This document shows, in pieces, positions 48,213 to 58,073 of a stretch of DNA of 63,934 bases. Position numbers and translations under genes: made by a program. The DNA comes from a virus (lineage: Duplodnaviria; Caudoviricetes), in IMG/VR virus record IMGVR_UViG_3300034954_002602, positions 1 to 63,934 of that record; one strand, given 5' to 3'. The notes below the pieces were generated by a model. It was not told where the DNA came from. It saw nothing but the letters and a program-made list of their open reading frames with translations, and searched no databases. Positions within the stretch are counted from its first letter, which is position 1; each line of letters begins with the position of its first letter.

Positions 48213-48515
48213 ATGACAATGGCAGATATACAAACACTTACAAAAGAAAAAATTAAACTAGATGAACCTGGAATGTACGATGTGATATTCCTTAACGACA
48301 ACATCACCACTATGGAGTTCGTTGTTAAAGTTCTAAAACAGATATTCAACAAGACTCCTGAGCAGGCACAGAACATCACTATGAGGATACACCAGGACGG
48401 ACAGGGTATCGTGGGATCTTACACACACGAAGTTGCCGAGCAGAAGGGTATAGAAGCGACACTGGCCGCTAGGCAAGAGAACTTCCCACTCCAGATCAAA
48501 GTCAAGAAACAGTGA
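48213..48515 (+). CDS. clpS: Clp protease adaptor ClpS
   Basis: YDVIFLND..TTMEFVV.VL..IF, IH..G.G, AE.K, FPL. Confidence 0.93.
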   Translation: MTMADIQTLTKEKIKLDEPGMYDVIFLNDNITTMEFVVKVLKQIFNKTPEQAQNITMRIHQDGQGIVGSYTHEVAEQKGIEATLAARQENFPLQIKVKKQ

Positions 48516-48853
48516 TTGATTTTAGAGCATACGTTGAGAAAAATCAAAAAATAATACAATTCGTCAAAGACGTAACTCCTGGATACCTCGACAAATATGT
48601 TGGCACATTAGATTACGCCACTGCAAGGTTTAATACAATTTTAATTAAACTGTCACAAGATCCATTGATGGCTGATCAATGCAAAAAAGAAGTCGAGGAT
48701 TGTTTCAACACCACACAAGACTTTTATGATTACACAGTTAGACTCTCAAATGCAACTTGGGTCTCAAGATGGTACTACAGATTTATACTACACATAAAAG
48801 GCACCTTGCACATTCCAAAGATCAAATTTCTTCTAGATAAAATCAATAATTAA
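48512..48853 (+). CDS. hypothetical protein
   Basis: GTGA overlap with clpS. Confidence 0.55.
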   Translation: MIDFRAYVEKNQKIIQFVKDVTPGYLDKYVGTLDYATARFNTILIKLSQDPLMADQCKKEVEDCFNTTQDFYDYTVRLSNATWVSRWYYRFILHIKGTLHIPKIKFLLDKINN

Positions 48854-48857
48854 CCAT

Positions 48858-49886
48858 ATGACCATATGGGCAGAATTCACTCCGTTGAAAAAATGTGTCG
48901 TGGGCACTCTGCCTGATGCAGATCAAATACTACCTCACACCAACCTAACCAATAGGTACAAGAAATATTTTACAGAAATAATCAATACATCAAAGAAAGA
49001 ACTGGACCAACTTGCAAAGACGTTGAATGATCTTGGAGTGCAAACATCGAGAAGCAAACAGCATTATCCAATACACAATGGCCACACAATCACAACACCA
49101 CCGTTGGCGGTAAGGGATATTTTCTCAGTGTATGGTAATGGTTTATTCAAAGGTAACTTTGCTTGTGAATGGAACAAAGATGTACCGGACTCGTGCAACC
49201 ACGTGCTTGAATCTATGAAGTTTGATAGTGTCACAAAACTACCCACCAATGATATTTTCTTTGATGGAGATTTCACTACCTTTGATCCTGACAAGGATTT
49301 GAATCGTCCGTTGTTCCATCCACCTATGTCCTTGCGTATTGGTAACGATATTGTTATTGCAAAAAGATATGGGAGAGAGGGCAACGATCTAGGCAAAGAT
49401 GCCTACATAGATTGGTTGAGATCTATCAACCCTTCTGTGAGGATACACACGATAGACACAGAGAGTCATATCGATTCACAAATATTTTTAGTGCGTCCTG
49501 GCTTACTGATAACTTGTTTACAAGATAACAAACTGCCCGAATATTTTGATAAATGGGAAAAGGTAAAAGTAAAAGCGGTGACATCGCAGGCACTCCATAA
49601 GAAAAATCGCTACAGGCACAAAAAGTTCCATCCGGTCATTGCCCAGTCATTTTACAATTTTTTAGAAACTTGCACAGAAGAGACATACTTCGACATCAAC
49701 AGTCTAAGTGTGAATGAAAACACTGTACTATTCACAGGACGCCATACGGAACTTTTTAGAAAACTCGAAAGGAGAAATGTCAACTGTGTAGCAATAAGTA
49801 TGAAAGCAACCACATTCTGGGACACGGGAGTTCATTGTGCAACTAACGAACTGGAAAGGGAAGGAACTTTAGAAGATTATGCTTAA
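48858..49886 (+). CDS. amidinotransferase-family protein
   Basis: EFTPLKKCVVG, VRD, HIDS..LVRPGL, GVHCATN. Confidence 0.8.
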   Translation: MTIWAEFTPLKKCVVGTLPDADQILPHTNLTNRYKKYFTEIINTSKKELDQLAKTLNDLGVQTSRSKQHYPIHNGHTITTPPLAVRDIFSVYGNGLFKGNFACEWNKDVPDSCNHVLESMKFDSVTKLPTNDIFFDGDFTTFDPDKDLNRPLFHPPMSLRIGNDIVIAKRYGREGNDLGKDAYIDWLRSINPSVRIHTIDTESHIDSQIFLVRPGLLITCLQDNKLPEYFDKWEKVKVKAVTSQALHKKNRYRHKKFHPVIAQSFYNFLETCTEETYFDINSLSVNENTVLFTGRHTELFRKLERRNVNCVAISMKATTFWDTGVHCATNELEREGTLEDYA

Positions 49887-50082
49887 TTGGTTATTTTGGG
49901 CGATACCCAGACAATACATTAGGCCCTACATATTCGCCTTATGGTTGGTGATGTTCTTCCTGCCTGCGTACATTATGGGATTGCAATTAACAAAGTTAGG
50001 ATTTATAATAAACTGGATCTGGTTCGACGTAGTGTTCTATGGTTGGGTCAGGGCCAAACAAATGTTAGGAGACGATGAATGA
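49879..50082 (+). CDS. small membrane protein
   Basis: Hydrophobic, Trp-rich. Confidence 0.55.
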   Translation: MLNWLFWAIPRQYIRPYIFALWLVMFFLPAYIMGLQLTKLGFIINWIWFDVVFYGWVRAKQMLGDDE

Positions 50083-50300
50083 AAGCAATAGTATGGAGTA
50101 AACCTGCGTGTGTTTACTGCGAGAAATCAAAAGCCTTGCTGAAAGCAAAAGGTATAGAATATGAAGAGAAGAACATAGCAGAAGGACACAAGATACAGGA
50201 CCTTTTGGAACTTGTACCAAACGCAAGGACGATGCCACAGATATGGTTAGATGAGGAACACATAGGTGGTTTCTTTGAGTTGGAGAAGAAACTCAAGTAA
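50079..50300 (+). CDS. glutaredoxin
   Basis: CVYC, TMPQI, IGGF. Confidence 0.9.
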   Translation: MKAIVWSKPACVYCEKSKALLKAKGIEYEEKNIAEGHKIQDLLELVPNARTMPQIWLDEEHIGGFFELEKKLK

Positions 50301-50350
50301 GTTGACAACTACCAGATTGTAGTTTAAAATTACTATAAACAAGGAGATTT

Positions 50351-50536
50351 ATGATCAAGGAAGCATTGATTAAGAAACTGGAAGGCGAGATAGAGGTAGC
50401 AAAAACAGACCTTAGAACTTTCCTAGCAAATCCGATCGGCGTGGCAGAACACATCGATTACGTGATTACTGCTGAGAAAAAGTTAGAAGCACTCGCTCAC
50501 GCAGAAGATAAACTTGAATCGCTGAACAAGTTATAA
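50351..50536 (+). CDS. hypothetical protein
   Basis: AAGGAG SD; NPIGVAEH motif. Confidence 0.7.
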   Translation: MIKEALIKKLEGEIEVAKTDLRTFLANPIGVAEHIDYVITAEKKLEALAHAEDKLESLNKL

Positions 50537-50862
50537 TGACATACACTGTCAATGACAAGTGTATTATGTGTAAGCACACTGACTGTGTGGAGGTGTGTCC
50601 TGTTGACTGTTTCTACGAAGGCGAAAATATGCTTGTCATCAACCCAGATGAATGTATAGACTGTGGCGTGTGTGAACCGGAGTGTCCTGAGGATGCAATA
50701 TTGCCAGACACAGACGACAACGGCAGAGGGTGGGTGGACTTCAATAGGAAATGGTCGACTTCGGGTTGGCCTGTACTGACCAGTAAGAAAGATTCTTTAG
50801 ATCCTGATGGAAAGCACAAGAACGAAGATAACAAACTAGAAAAATATTTTAAAGATAAATGA
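50536..50862 (+). CDS. fdxA: 7Fe-type ferredoxin FdxA
   Basis: [33 protein letters not shown]. Confidence 0.93.
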   Translation: MTYTVNDKCIMCKHTDCVEVCPVDCFYEGENMLVINPDECIDCGVCEPECPEDAILPDTDDNGRGWVDFNRKWSTSGWPVLTSKKDSLDPDGKHKNEDNKLEKYFKDK

Positions 50863-51047
50863 TGAAGAAAAAGAAAAAATCGAAATGGCAAGCCAGGCGT
50901 GAGCAGGAGGCCAGCCAGAATTCACAGTTCGATCCAAAGATACACGATCTTGGACGGGCGGGATTTGGATTCCAAATGAAAAAAGACTATAAAAGTAAAC
51001 CTGAAGAACTGTCAGGCAAGAACCTACCATTCTCAAAAGACAAATGA
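50859..51047 (+). CDS. small basic hypothetical protein
   Basis: Overlaps both neighbours. Confidence 0.5.
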   Translation: MMKKKKKSKWQARREQEASQNSQFDPKIHDLGRAGFGFQMKKDYKSKPEELSGKNLPFSKDK

Positions 51048-51454
51048 TACTAGATAAAATTAAAGAGATGGGCGAAAACCTCAAGATGTTGGAAGGCCAC
51101 GACAGGTTGCATTACCTCATTGACAAGGCCAAAGAAATAGAGCCACTTCCTGAAGCCGCCAAGATAGAAGACAACAGGATACGTGGTTGTGCCTCTAAAC
51201 TTTGGATCATAGGCGGCACGACTGAAAACGGCACAATGCAATACAGAGTCGATGGAGATGCACACATCAGTAAGGGCACTGCGAAGGTTGTGACAGATCT
51301 GGTCAATGGCGAACACAGGAGTGCTGTGGCAAACCTCACAGTAGAGGATTTTACACCATTGGGCATAAAAGAATTATTAACAATGCAGAGACAGAATGGA
51401 CTGGGTGAGTTGATTGATAGGATAATAAGGATCGCCCATAGAGATGAAAATTGA
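51044..51454 (+). CDS. sufE: SufE family sulfur-transfer protein
   Basis: YLID, N.IRGCASKLW, D.DA.ISKG, L..QRQNGL. Confidence 0.9.
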   Translation: MILDKIKEMGENLKMLEGHDRLHYLIDKAKEIEPLPEAAKIEDNRIRGCASKLWIIGGTTENGTMQYRVDGDAHISKGTAKVVTDLVNGEHRSAVANLTVEDFTPLGIKELLTMQRQNGLGELIDRIIRIAHRDEN

Positions 51455-52040
51455 TATAGAAGTAAATGCAACTCATTGTAATACCTGGCCCACTCTGGTA
51501 TTGGAAATCAACAATAACAAAATATTTTCTGATCTAGTCAAAGATAGGCAGAAAATCAGTTTAGAATACACGGATCTCAAACAACAAGGAAACAAATTCG
51601 TAATCGGAATGATTAGAAAAAGTTTTGGCCTCGCTGATATATGGGATACCGTTTACAAAAACAACATCGTAGTACAAGACAAGAAGATAGAAATCCTAAG
51701 TTTAAAATTAGATGATGTTGAATGCAAAGATTTATTAGGGAGCCGTTTCTACGTTCAACGGACAGGTAAGCAACCAAGTTATTTTCCGGACGTTGTGGAG
51801 TCAACTGGCGTGATGAACTACAATGGATATTTTACTTTTGACTTCGATCTGCCTTTGTACAATTCTATAATCAACAAGAAATACAAACAACAAGAAAACA
51901 AGGATCTCAGTTACTTCAGTAATTACACCAAGGTGTTTCATTACGACGACGAAATAAAAGTAATAAACGAAATCAACAGTATATTGAAAGAAGTGGATGA
52001 AAAATTTAGTCATAAGCGTTCCAAGATTAGAAATTCATAG
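51444..52040 (+). CDS. hypothetical protein
   Basis: Overlaps both neighbours. Confidence 0.6.
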   Translation: MKIDIEVNATHCNTWPTLVLEINNNKIFSDLVKDRQKISLEYTDLKQQGNKFVIGMIRKSFGLADIWDTVYKNNIVVQDKKIEILSLKLDDVECKDLLGSRFYVQRTGKQPSYFPDVVESTGVMNYNGYFTFDFDLPLYNSIINKKYKQQENKDLSYFSNYTKVFHYDDEIKVINEINSILKEVDEKFSHKRSKIRNS

Positions 52041-53520
52041 ACCGCCTATCAGTACAGCGATAGTTGCCGAAGTGATAAGGACCACTGGTGCTCCAGTACA
52101 GGCACTTGACTTGAATTGTGAATTCTATCATTTTTTGCCTGACAGGCAGGCATACTACAGTTGGGATGAAATTTGGGACCAAGTACGGAACCCAACCTTT
52201 ACGGAACTAAAAAACTTATTTAGATTCATCAAGCAGAGCCTTGAAAAAATGAAATCTTATGATAGATATTGGATCAGTGTTTTTGGTTCGTCGGGGCATA
52301 TCTTTTCAAAACTGCTCTGCAAGTTTATTCGGAAACATCTGCCAAATAAGATAGTGATACTAGGAGGACAGGGAGCCGCCGCGAAGGATCTACATTCAAA
52401 GGACGTGGGATTTGGTAATGTCCTCAGGAAGCAAGGACTATGTGATATGTATCTCACAGGCGAGGGAGAAGAAGTCATTAAACAAGTGCTGGCAGGAAAC
52501 ACTGACGGTCCAGGCATAAACAATGAGGATCCTGTGCAGATCGACGACATAAATGATCTTCCATTCCCGAACTACAGTTTCTACGATCTAGATCGCTATG
52601 ACTACCTTGACAAGAAAGAAGTGTTCATAGTCGGTAGCAGAGGATGTGTGAGACGATGCACGTACTGTGACGTCGCCAAGTATTGGCCCAAGTTCAGATA
52701 CAGGTCCGGTGAGAACATAGCATCTGAGATGATCAATCATTACGAGAAACACGGAGTCACAAAGTTCTACTTCACTGACAGTCTGATCAATGGCAGTATG
52801 AAAGCGTTCAATGATATGTGTGATAGGCTTGCCAAATACAACACAGACCACAAGGCAGGCTTCACGTGGAAGGGACAGTTCATATTCAGACCCAAAAATC
52901 AACTGCCCCAGGATCACTTCGCCACCGTGGCCGCGGCGGGTGGTAAGGAGTTCTACGTAGGTGTTGAAACGGGCAGTGATAAAATCAGATGGGAGATGGA
53001 CAAGAAGTTTACCAACGAAGACATAGACTTCCAACTAGAGGAGTTCAGCAAGTACAATATAAATGTGATATTCCTTATGTTGATTGGTTACGTTACCGAA
53101 ACACTAGATGATCACAAGGACACTCTCAAGATGTTCAAGCGTTGGCAGAAGTATGTGGCCACAGGCACGATCAAAGGCATCGATCTTGCCACTGGATTGC
53201 TGTTCCTGTCTGACACGCCTTTGCAACGTCAGATAGATCAACACGGAGTCTATTTCTTGAATGCCGAAGGAAACGAACCAGGAAAGCCTTACACAGGATT
53301 GTGGCAGGCCAAGACCAATCCTGATCTAGATGTACCAGAGAGGATACGTAGGAGGATGGAGACGCACATGGAGGCCATCAAGTACAACTGGCCCATATGG
53401 AGAGGCGAGCAAAGGCTCAATCACATCAAGCATATGACACAGAAGTATTTGGATTACCTTAAAGGACAATCTGACAATTTGGTAAAAATAAAGATAGGCA
53501 ACCTGAACTTCTTTGAATAG
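51997..53520 (+). CDS. B12-binding-domain radical SAM protein
   Basis: ILGG, GEGE, LPFP.Y, SRGCVRRCTYC, FTDS, GVETGS, GYVTET. Confidence 0.85.
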   Translation: MKNLVISVPRLEIHRPPISTAIVAEVIRTTGAPVQALDLNCEFYHFLPDRQAYYSWDEIWDQVRNPTFTELKNLFRFIKQSLEKMKSYDRYWISVFGSSGHIFSKLLCKFIRKHLPNKIVILGGQGAAAKDLHSKDVGFGNVLRKQGLCDMYLTGEGEEVIKQVLAGNTDGPGINNEDPVQIDDINDLPFPNYSFYDLDRYDYLDKKEVFIVGSRGCVRRCTYCDVAKYWPKFRYRSGENIASEMINHYEKHGVTKFYFTDSLINGSMKAFNDMCDRLAKYNTDHKAGFTWKGQFIFRPKNQLPQDHFATVAAAGGKEFYVGVETGSDKIRWEMDKKFTNEDIDFQLEEFSKYNINVIFLMLIGYVTETLDDHKDTLKMFKRWQKYVATGTIKGIDLATGLLFLSDTPLQRQIDQHGVYFLNAEGNEPGKPYTGLWQAKTNPDLDVPERIRRRMETHMEAIKYNWPIWRGEQRLNHIKHMTQKYLDYLKGQSDNLVKIKIGNLNFFE

Positions 53521-53555
53521 TTGACCGACAATGTTAGTCGTGTTATAATAGTGAC

Positions 53556-53954
53556 ATGATTGATATGCCACCTGGATGGACTCCACAACAAAATCCTTCT
53601 GTCGATCCCCAACTGAAAACTGACCTTAGCGATATACAAGAACATCCACCAACTCAGCAGGAATACATCTCTAAAATTGTAGAAAAATTGAAAACCTGCT
53701 ACGATCCTGAAATCAGTGTTGACATATACAATCTTGGTCTAGTTTACGACATCAAGGTGACAGAGGACGGTTGGGTACACGTGTTGATGAGTCTCACGAG
53801 TGCTTTCTGTCCTGCCGCTGATATGATACCAAGGGACGTGCAACAGGCCATTGAAAGCATTCCAAATCTAAAATGTAAAGTAAAGATCACAATGCAACCA
53901 CAGTGGGGTCGTGACATGATCAATCCAGAAGTAAGAGGTCTGATGGGACTATGA
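53556..53954 (+). CDS. SufT/MIP18 (DUF59) Fe-S assembly protein
   Basis: LKTCYDPEISVDIYNLGLVY, MSLTSAFCP, P.W. Confidence 0.9.
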   Translation: MIDMPPGWTPQQNPSVDPQLKTDLSDIQEHPPTQQEYISKIVEKLKTCYDPEISVDIYNLGLVYDIKVTEDGWVHVLMSLTSAFCPAADMIPRDVQQAIESIPNLKCKVKITMQPQWGRDMINPEVRGLMGL

Positions 53955-55573
53955 TCAGACTGATACTTGTACTTGCATTTTTCTTTACACACGCTAACGC
54001 AAAGGTTGATGATTGCGAATGGGATAATGAAACCCCTTGCGTGGTGATAAGCAAGGGCATAAACAATTCAAACGCAATCGGTAACAAGGTATCACCAACA
54101 CACACCATAACAAAATCAGAGATTATAAAGTATAGACTAATTGACCTGCCCAGGGCACTGAACTACATTCAAGGACTGGCAGTGACACAGTCAGGGCCGA
54201 CAGGACAACAGGCATCACTGTTCCTGAGGGGTACCAATTCTAATCAAACATTAGTGTTATTGAATGGCATACCAATCAATGACTTCTCAACACCCACAGG
54301 TGCACACGACTTTGGCCAGGACTTTATGTTCAATGTTGTGCAGATAGATGTGTACAAAGGATCACAGGGTGCTCATTGGGGAGCGGACGCTGTTGGTGGT
54401 GCTATCAATTTCAGGACAACTGTGGATTATGATCAGAGATTAAGTTTATCTGGAAATGGCAATGATAAAACTATCAGTGGTAACTTCTACACTAAATTAA
54501 ACGACTTCGACATATCTGTTTCGGCAGGTGAACATCAATCAAGAAACGTTTCTGCTCTATCAGGTGCTGATGAGAAGGATGGCACAAAGAATCAAACCAT
54601 AGGGGTTAACGTAAGCAAATGGTATGATCTCATACACTGGCGAACAACTTGGTTCGCAAGGAACACTTTCTCTGACATAGATGGTCATAGTGTTGCTCTG
54701 CAAGATGGATATTTTGCTGACAACACTTTCTTTGCGTTACAGACTGGCATTGATTATTTGAACAACAGTCTTACTTTCCACACACACGAATATGATAGAG
54801 ATTACTACAGAGCAGATTACGAAAGTGAAAACTACACAATCAGAGGAACACATCAAACAGAAAAGTATGGTTTTGGTTTTGATTACAAACACAACGAAGC
54901 AATAGGCAAATACACAAACATTCATCAACGTCATAATCTAGGGTACTTCTTTAACTTCTCACATAATATATTCTCATATCATCACAGGTTTGATGAGGAA
55001 CACGAAACATACAAGTTGGGTTTCTTCAAAGAGATAGGAGATGGTTTAAGTCTAAGTGGTAGCACATCAACAAGTTACAGAGATGAAACATCATACACCA
55101 GCATAGAGTATGGTGATTCACAAGAACTGACATTGACTAAAAATAATTTCGCAACTACTATATTCAAGAATGATATTGGTAATCTCAATTCTGACGGTAT
55201 AGAATTCAGTTACAAGCAAGAAAACTCCAAATTCTTCATCAGTCATTTGAACAGCAAGACAAATGACAGTGTCAATTTGAGGAGACCAAACTGGAGTCTT
55301 GGATTTATGCACACGCAGGATCTATCAAACAACTTCACTCTAACAACAAACTACAAATACAAAGGCAAACACTTAGATGTACACAATGTCACATATGAAA
55401 GTGGAATATCGATGCCAGAGACACACCTATTGGATCTAAATCTCGGATACAACTACCATGGCATAGAGTTTGGTGTGAGCCTGTTAAATTTGCTTGATGA
55501 GGACTACGAAGCACCGCACGGTTTCAGCCAAGAGGGAAGGAAATTTACAATGGGATTCAAAAGGAGTTTCTAA
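53951..55573 (+). CDS. TonB-dependent outer membrane receptor (BtuB-like, short)
   Basis: Signal peptide; plug LRGTNSNQTLVLLNG..IDVYKG..G.DAVGGAIN; NLLD..Y...G...GR; terminal F. Confidence 0.85.
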   Translation: MIRLILVLAFFFTHANAKVDDCEWDNETPCVVISKGINNSNAIGNKVSPTHTITKSEIIKYRLIDLPRALNYIQGLAVTQSGPTGQQASLFLRGTNSNQTLVLLNGIPINDFSTPTGAHDFGQDFMFNVVQIDVYKGSQGAHWGADAVGGAINFRTTVDYDQRLSLSGNGNDKTISGNFYTKLNDFDISVSAGEHQSRNVSALSGADEKDGTKNQTIGVNVSKWYDLIHWRTTWFARNTFSDIDGHSVALQDGYFADNTFFALQTGIDYLNNSLTFHTHEYDRDYYRADYESENYTIRGTHQTEKYGFGFDYKHNEAIGKYTNIHQRHNLGYFFNFSHNIFSYHHRFDEEHETYKLGFFKEIGDGLSLSGSTSTSYRDETSYTSIEYGDSQELTLTKNNFATTIFKNDIGNLNSDGIEFSYKQENSKFFISHLNSKTNDSVNLRRPNWSLGFMHTQDLSNNFTLTTNYKYKGKHLDVHNVTYESGISMPETHLLDLNLGYNYHGIEFGVSLLNLLDEDYEAPHGFSQEGRKFTMGFKRSF

Positions 55574-56193
55574 TGGAAGTACAACTAATAGACAAGATGG
55601 GTACAGACTTATCCGTTGTCAATGCGGCAAGGGTAAGTTACGCAAAAACAAAAGACGTGTTCGATGACAAGGACGAGAAGTTGATCAAGTATCTCGCAGA
55701 ACACGAGCACTGGTCTCCATTCGCACACGCATCATTACAGTTCAGGATCAAGGCACCTGTGTTTGTAGCAAGGCAACTGGTCAAACACCAAGTGGGCCTT
55801 GTGTGGAACGAAGTATCGAGACGATATGTTGATGACAAGCCAGAGTTCTTCACACCTTCTTCGTGGAGGGGCAGACCCAAGAACAGCAAACAGGGTTCTG
55901 ATGGAGAAGTACACACGGACGAGGAATACTATCAGAGATACATCAACGGCTGTAAGGTATACTATCATCTCTTATTGAACGAAGGTGTCGCACCAGAACA
56001 GGCACGTATGGTGCTACCACAGTCGATGATGACTGAATGGTACTGGTCTGGCACACTTTACGCATTCGCCAGGGTGTGTAACCTGAGGTGCAAACCAGAC
56101 ACGCAACGAGAAACACAGGAGGTGGCCAACGAGATAGACAGACTGACCAATGAGGCGTTTCCGCACAGTTGGAAACATTTAAGAAAACTTTAA
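55573..56193 (+). CDS. thyX: flavin-dependent thymidylate synthase
   Basis: AARVSY, H.SPF, ARQLVKH, NEVSRRY, EQARMVLP, TQ.E. Confidence 0.95.
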   Translation: MEVQLIDKMGTDLSVVNAARVSYAKTKDVFDDKDEKLIKYLAEHEHWSPFAHASLQFRIKAPVFVARQLVKHQVGLVWNEVSRRYVDDKPEFFTPSSWRGRPKNSKQGSDGEVHTDEEYYQRYINGCKVYYHLLLNEGVAPEQARMVLPQSMMTEWYWSGTLYAFARVCNLRCKPDTQRETQEVANEIDRLTNEAFPHSWKHLRKL

Positions 56194-56242
56194 TTGATTT
56201 GTAACAAAACTTTAACATAGCATATATTAAATAGGAACGAAG

Positions 56243-57208
56243 ATGGAACAAACTTTCTCATTATGGATGGTACTGGGTTTCTTGTTTGCCGCATACTCTG
56301 TTGTGGCCAATGACAGTGTGCAGACACTGGGTACCTGGATGGCATCAAATCAAAACAAATTCAAATGGTACTACTTGTGGGCGGCGGCCACTGTGGTGCT
56401 TTGGTTCACCATATGGTGGGGTTGGTCAAAGAACGGTGGCGACATATCCTACGGTAGGTTGAACAAGATACCGTTCCAAGAGATACAATGGTATCACGCA
56501 ACCGCACCTTTGATACTTTTATTACTGACACGTGTTGGTATTCCTGTATCCACAAGTTTCCTTGTGCTGTCTGCTTTCGCCAGCACATTCGTTCTAGAGA
56601 AGATGTTGGTGAAATCAATCATAGGCTATGCACTTGCGGCCGTTGTGGCGTATGCGGCATGGCAGATAATTGAGAGGATCATAGACGAGAAGAAAAACCA
56701 AATTTCGGACAAGAACAAGACACGTTGGCGTATCGCCCAATGGTGTAGCACCGCGTTCCTATGGTACACTTGGCTGAGCCATGACATGGCCAACATCGCT
56801 GTGTTCCTGCCAAGAGCAGTGCCAGTTGAATGGATGGTAACGATATCAATTGTGTTCGCGGCCTTCCTTGGATACACATTCTGGGAGAAGGGTGGTAAGA
56901 TACAAAAGATAGTGGTTGAGAAAACAGGCACGAGATTTGTTAGATCTGCCACACTGATCGATTTGGTCTATGCTTTCATACTATTGTTCTTCAAACAGTA
57001 CAACGACATACCAATGAGCACAACTTGGGTGTTCGTGGGATTGTTATGTGGTAGAGAACTTGCTATATCAACACTGATGAAGGACTACAAGTTCAAGTAC
57101 GTCTTTCCGATAGTGGCCAAAGACTTTGCCAAGATGATGCTGGGTTTGTTAGTGTCAGTTGGTATTGTGCTTACCATACACTACGTGATAGTTCCAAACG
57201 GACTATAA
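56243..57208 (+). CDS. multi-pass membrane protein, PiT/anion-permease-like
   Basis: ANDSVQT, GIPVSTS, HDMAN, PMSTT resemble PiT repeat motifs. Confidence 0.55.
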   Translation: MEQTFSLWMVLGFLFAAYSVVANDSVQTLGTWMASNQNKFKWYYLWAAATVVLWFTIWWGWSKNGGDISYGRLNKIPFQEIQWYHATAPLILLLLTRVGIPVSTSFLVLSAFASTFVLEKMLVKSIIGYALAAVVAYAAWQIIERIIDEKKNQISDKNKTRWRIAQWCSTAFLWYTWLSHDMANIAVFLPRAVPVEWMVTISIVFAAFLGYTFWEKGGKIQKIVVEKTGTRFVRSATLIDLVYAFILLFFKQYNDIPMSTTWVFVGLLCGRELAISTLMKDYKFKYVFPIVAKDFAKMMLGLLVSVGIVLTIHYVIVPNGL

Positions 57209-57251
57209 TCAGATATAGACATAGCCAAAATTTCCAAGTATAATATATCGT

Positions 57252-58058
57252 ATGAAACTGGGAATTGTGGGACATGGATTTGTAGGCACCGCGGTGGATC
57301 ATGGATTCACGAAGGACGTGCAGAAGTTCATAGTAGATCCCAAACACAACAGCACCAACACCATAGAGGACCTGATTGCATTCAAGCCTGATGCAACATT
57401 CGTGTCCGTGCCAACTCCGATGTTGGAGACCGGAGAGTGCAACACTGCCATACTGGAGGACGTGATGCAACAGTTGAACAAGTGCAAAGGACTTCTAGTG
57501 ATTGTAAAATCAACAGTGCCAGCATACAAGTTGGAACAGTTGAAGGAACAGTGTGTTGACCTGAGGATCGTTTATAATCCAGAATTCCTAACAGAGAAGA
57601 ACTACATAGAAGACTTCCGCAATCCACCAATGCACGTGTTCGGCGGTGTCAACGCGGACACAGACGCAGTTGAGAAACTGTACAAAGAGCACAGCGAGTG
57701 TGCGGAGTGTCCTGTGTACAAGACTGATCTAGTGACAGCATCAATGGTCAAATACTGCATCAACAGTTTCCTGGCCACAAAGGTCACATTCATGAATGAG
57801 ATGTATGATGTGCTGAAGGCCGCGAGGGGCACCGACTGGAAGACCTTCATGAAGATCATCTCAACAGACAAACGTATTGGAAGCACACACTTGAAGGTTC
57901 CTGGCAACGACGGACAGAGAGGCTACGCTGGTTCCTGTTTCCCAAAAGACACCAGTGCATTGGCCTGGTATGCCAAAGAAATACTCAATACACCTTTCAC
58001 ACAATTAGAAACCAGTATAGCAATCAACGAAAAACTACGTAAAACCAATCAGTCATAA
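57252..58058 (+). CDS. UDP-glucose/GDP-mannose dehydrogenase family protein (short, no C-terminal domain)
   Basis: G.GFVG, VPTP, KSTVP, NPEFL, N.FLA.KV.F.NE, GY.GSCFPKD. Confidence 0.85.
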   Translation: MKLGIVGHGFVGTAVDHGFTKDVQKFIVDPKHNSTNTIEDLIAFKPDATFVSVPTPMLETGECNTAILEDVMQQLNKCKGLLVIVKSTVPAYKLEQLKEQCVDLRIVYNPEFLTEKNYIEDFRNPPMHVFGGVNADTDAVEKLYKEHSECAECPVYKTDLVTASMVKYCINSFLATKVTFMNEMYDVLKAARGTDWKTFMKIISTDKRIGSTHLKVPGNDGQRGYAGSCFPKDTSALAWYAKEILNTPFTQLETSIAINEKLRKTNQS

Positions 58059-58073
58059 CGGGTAAATACGCAT

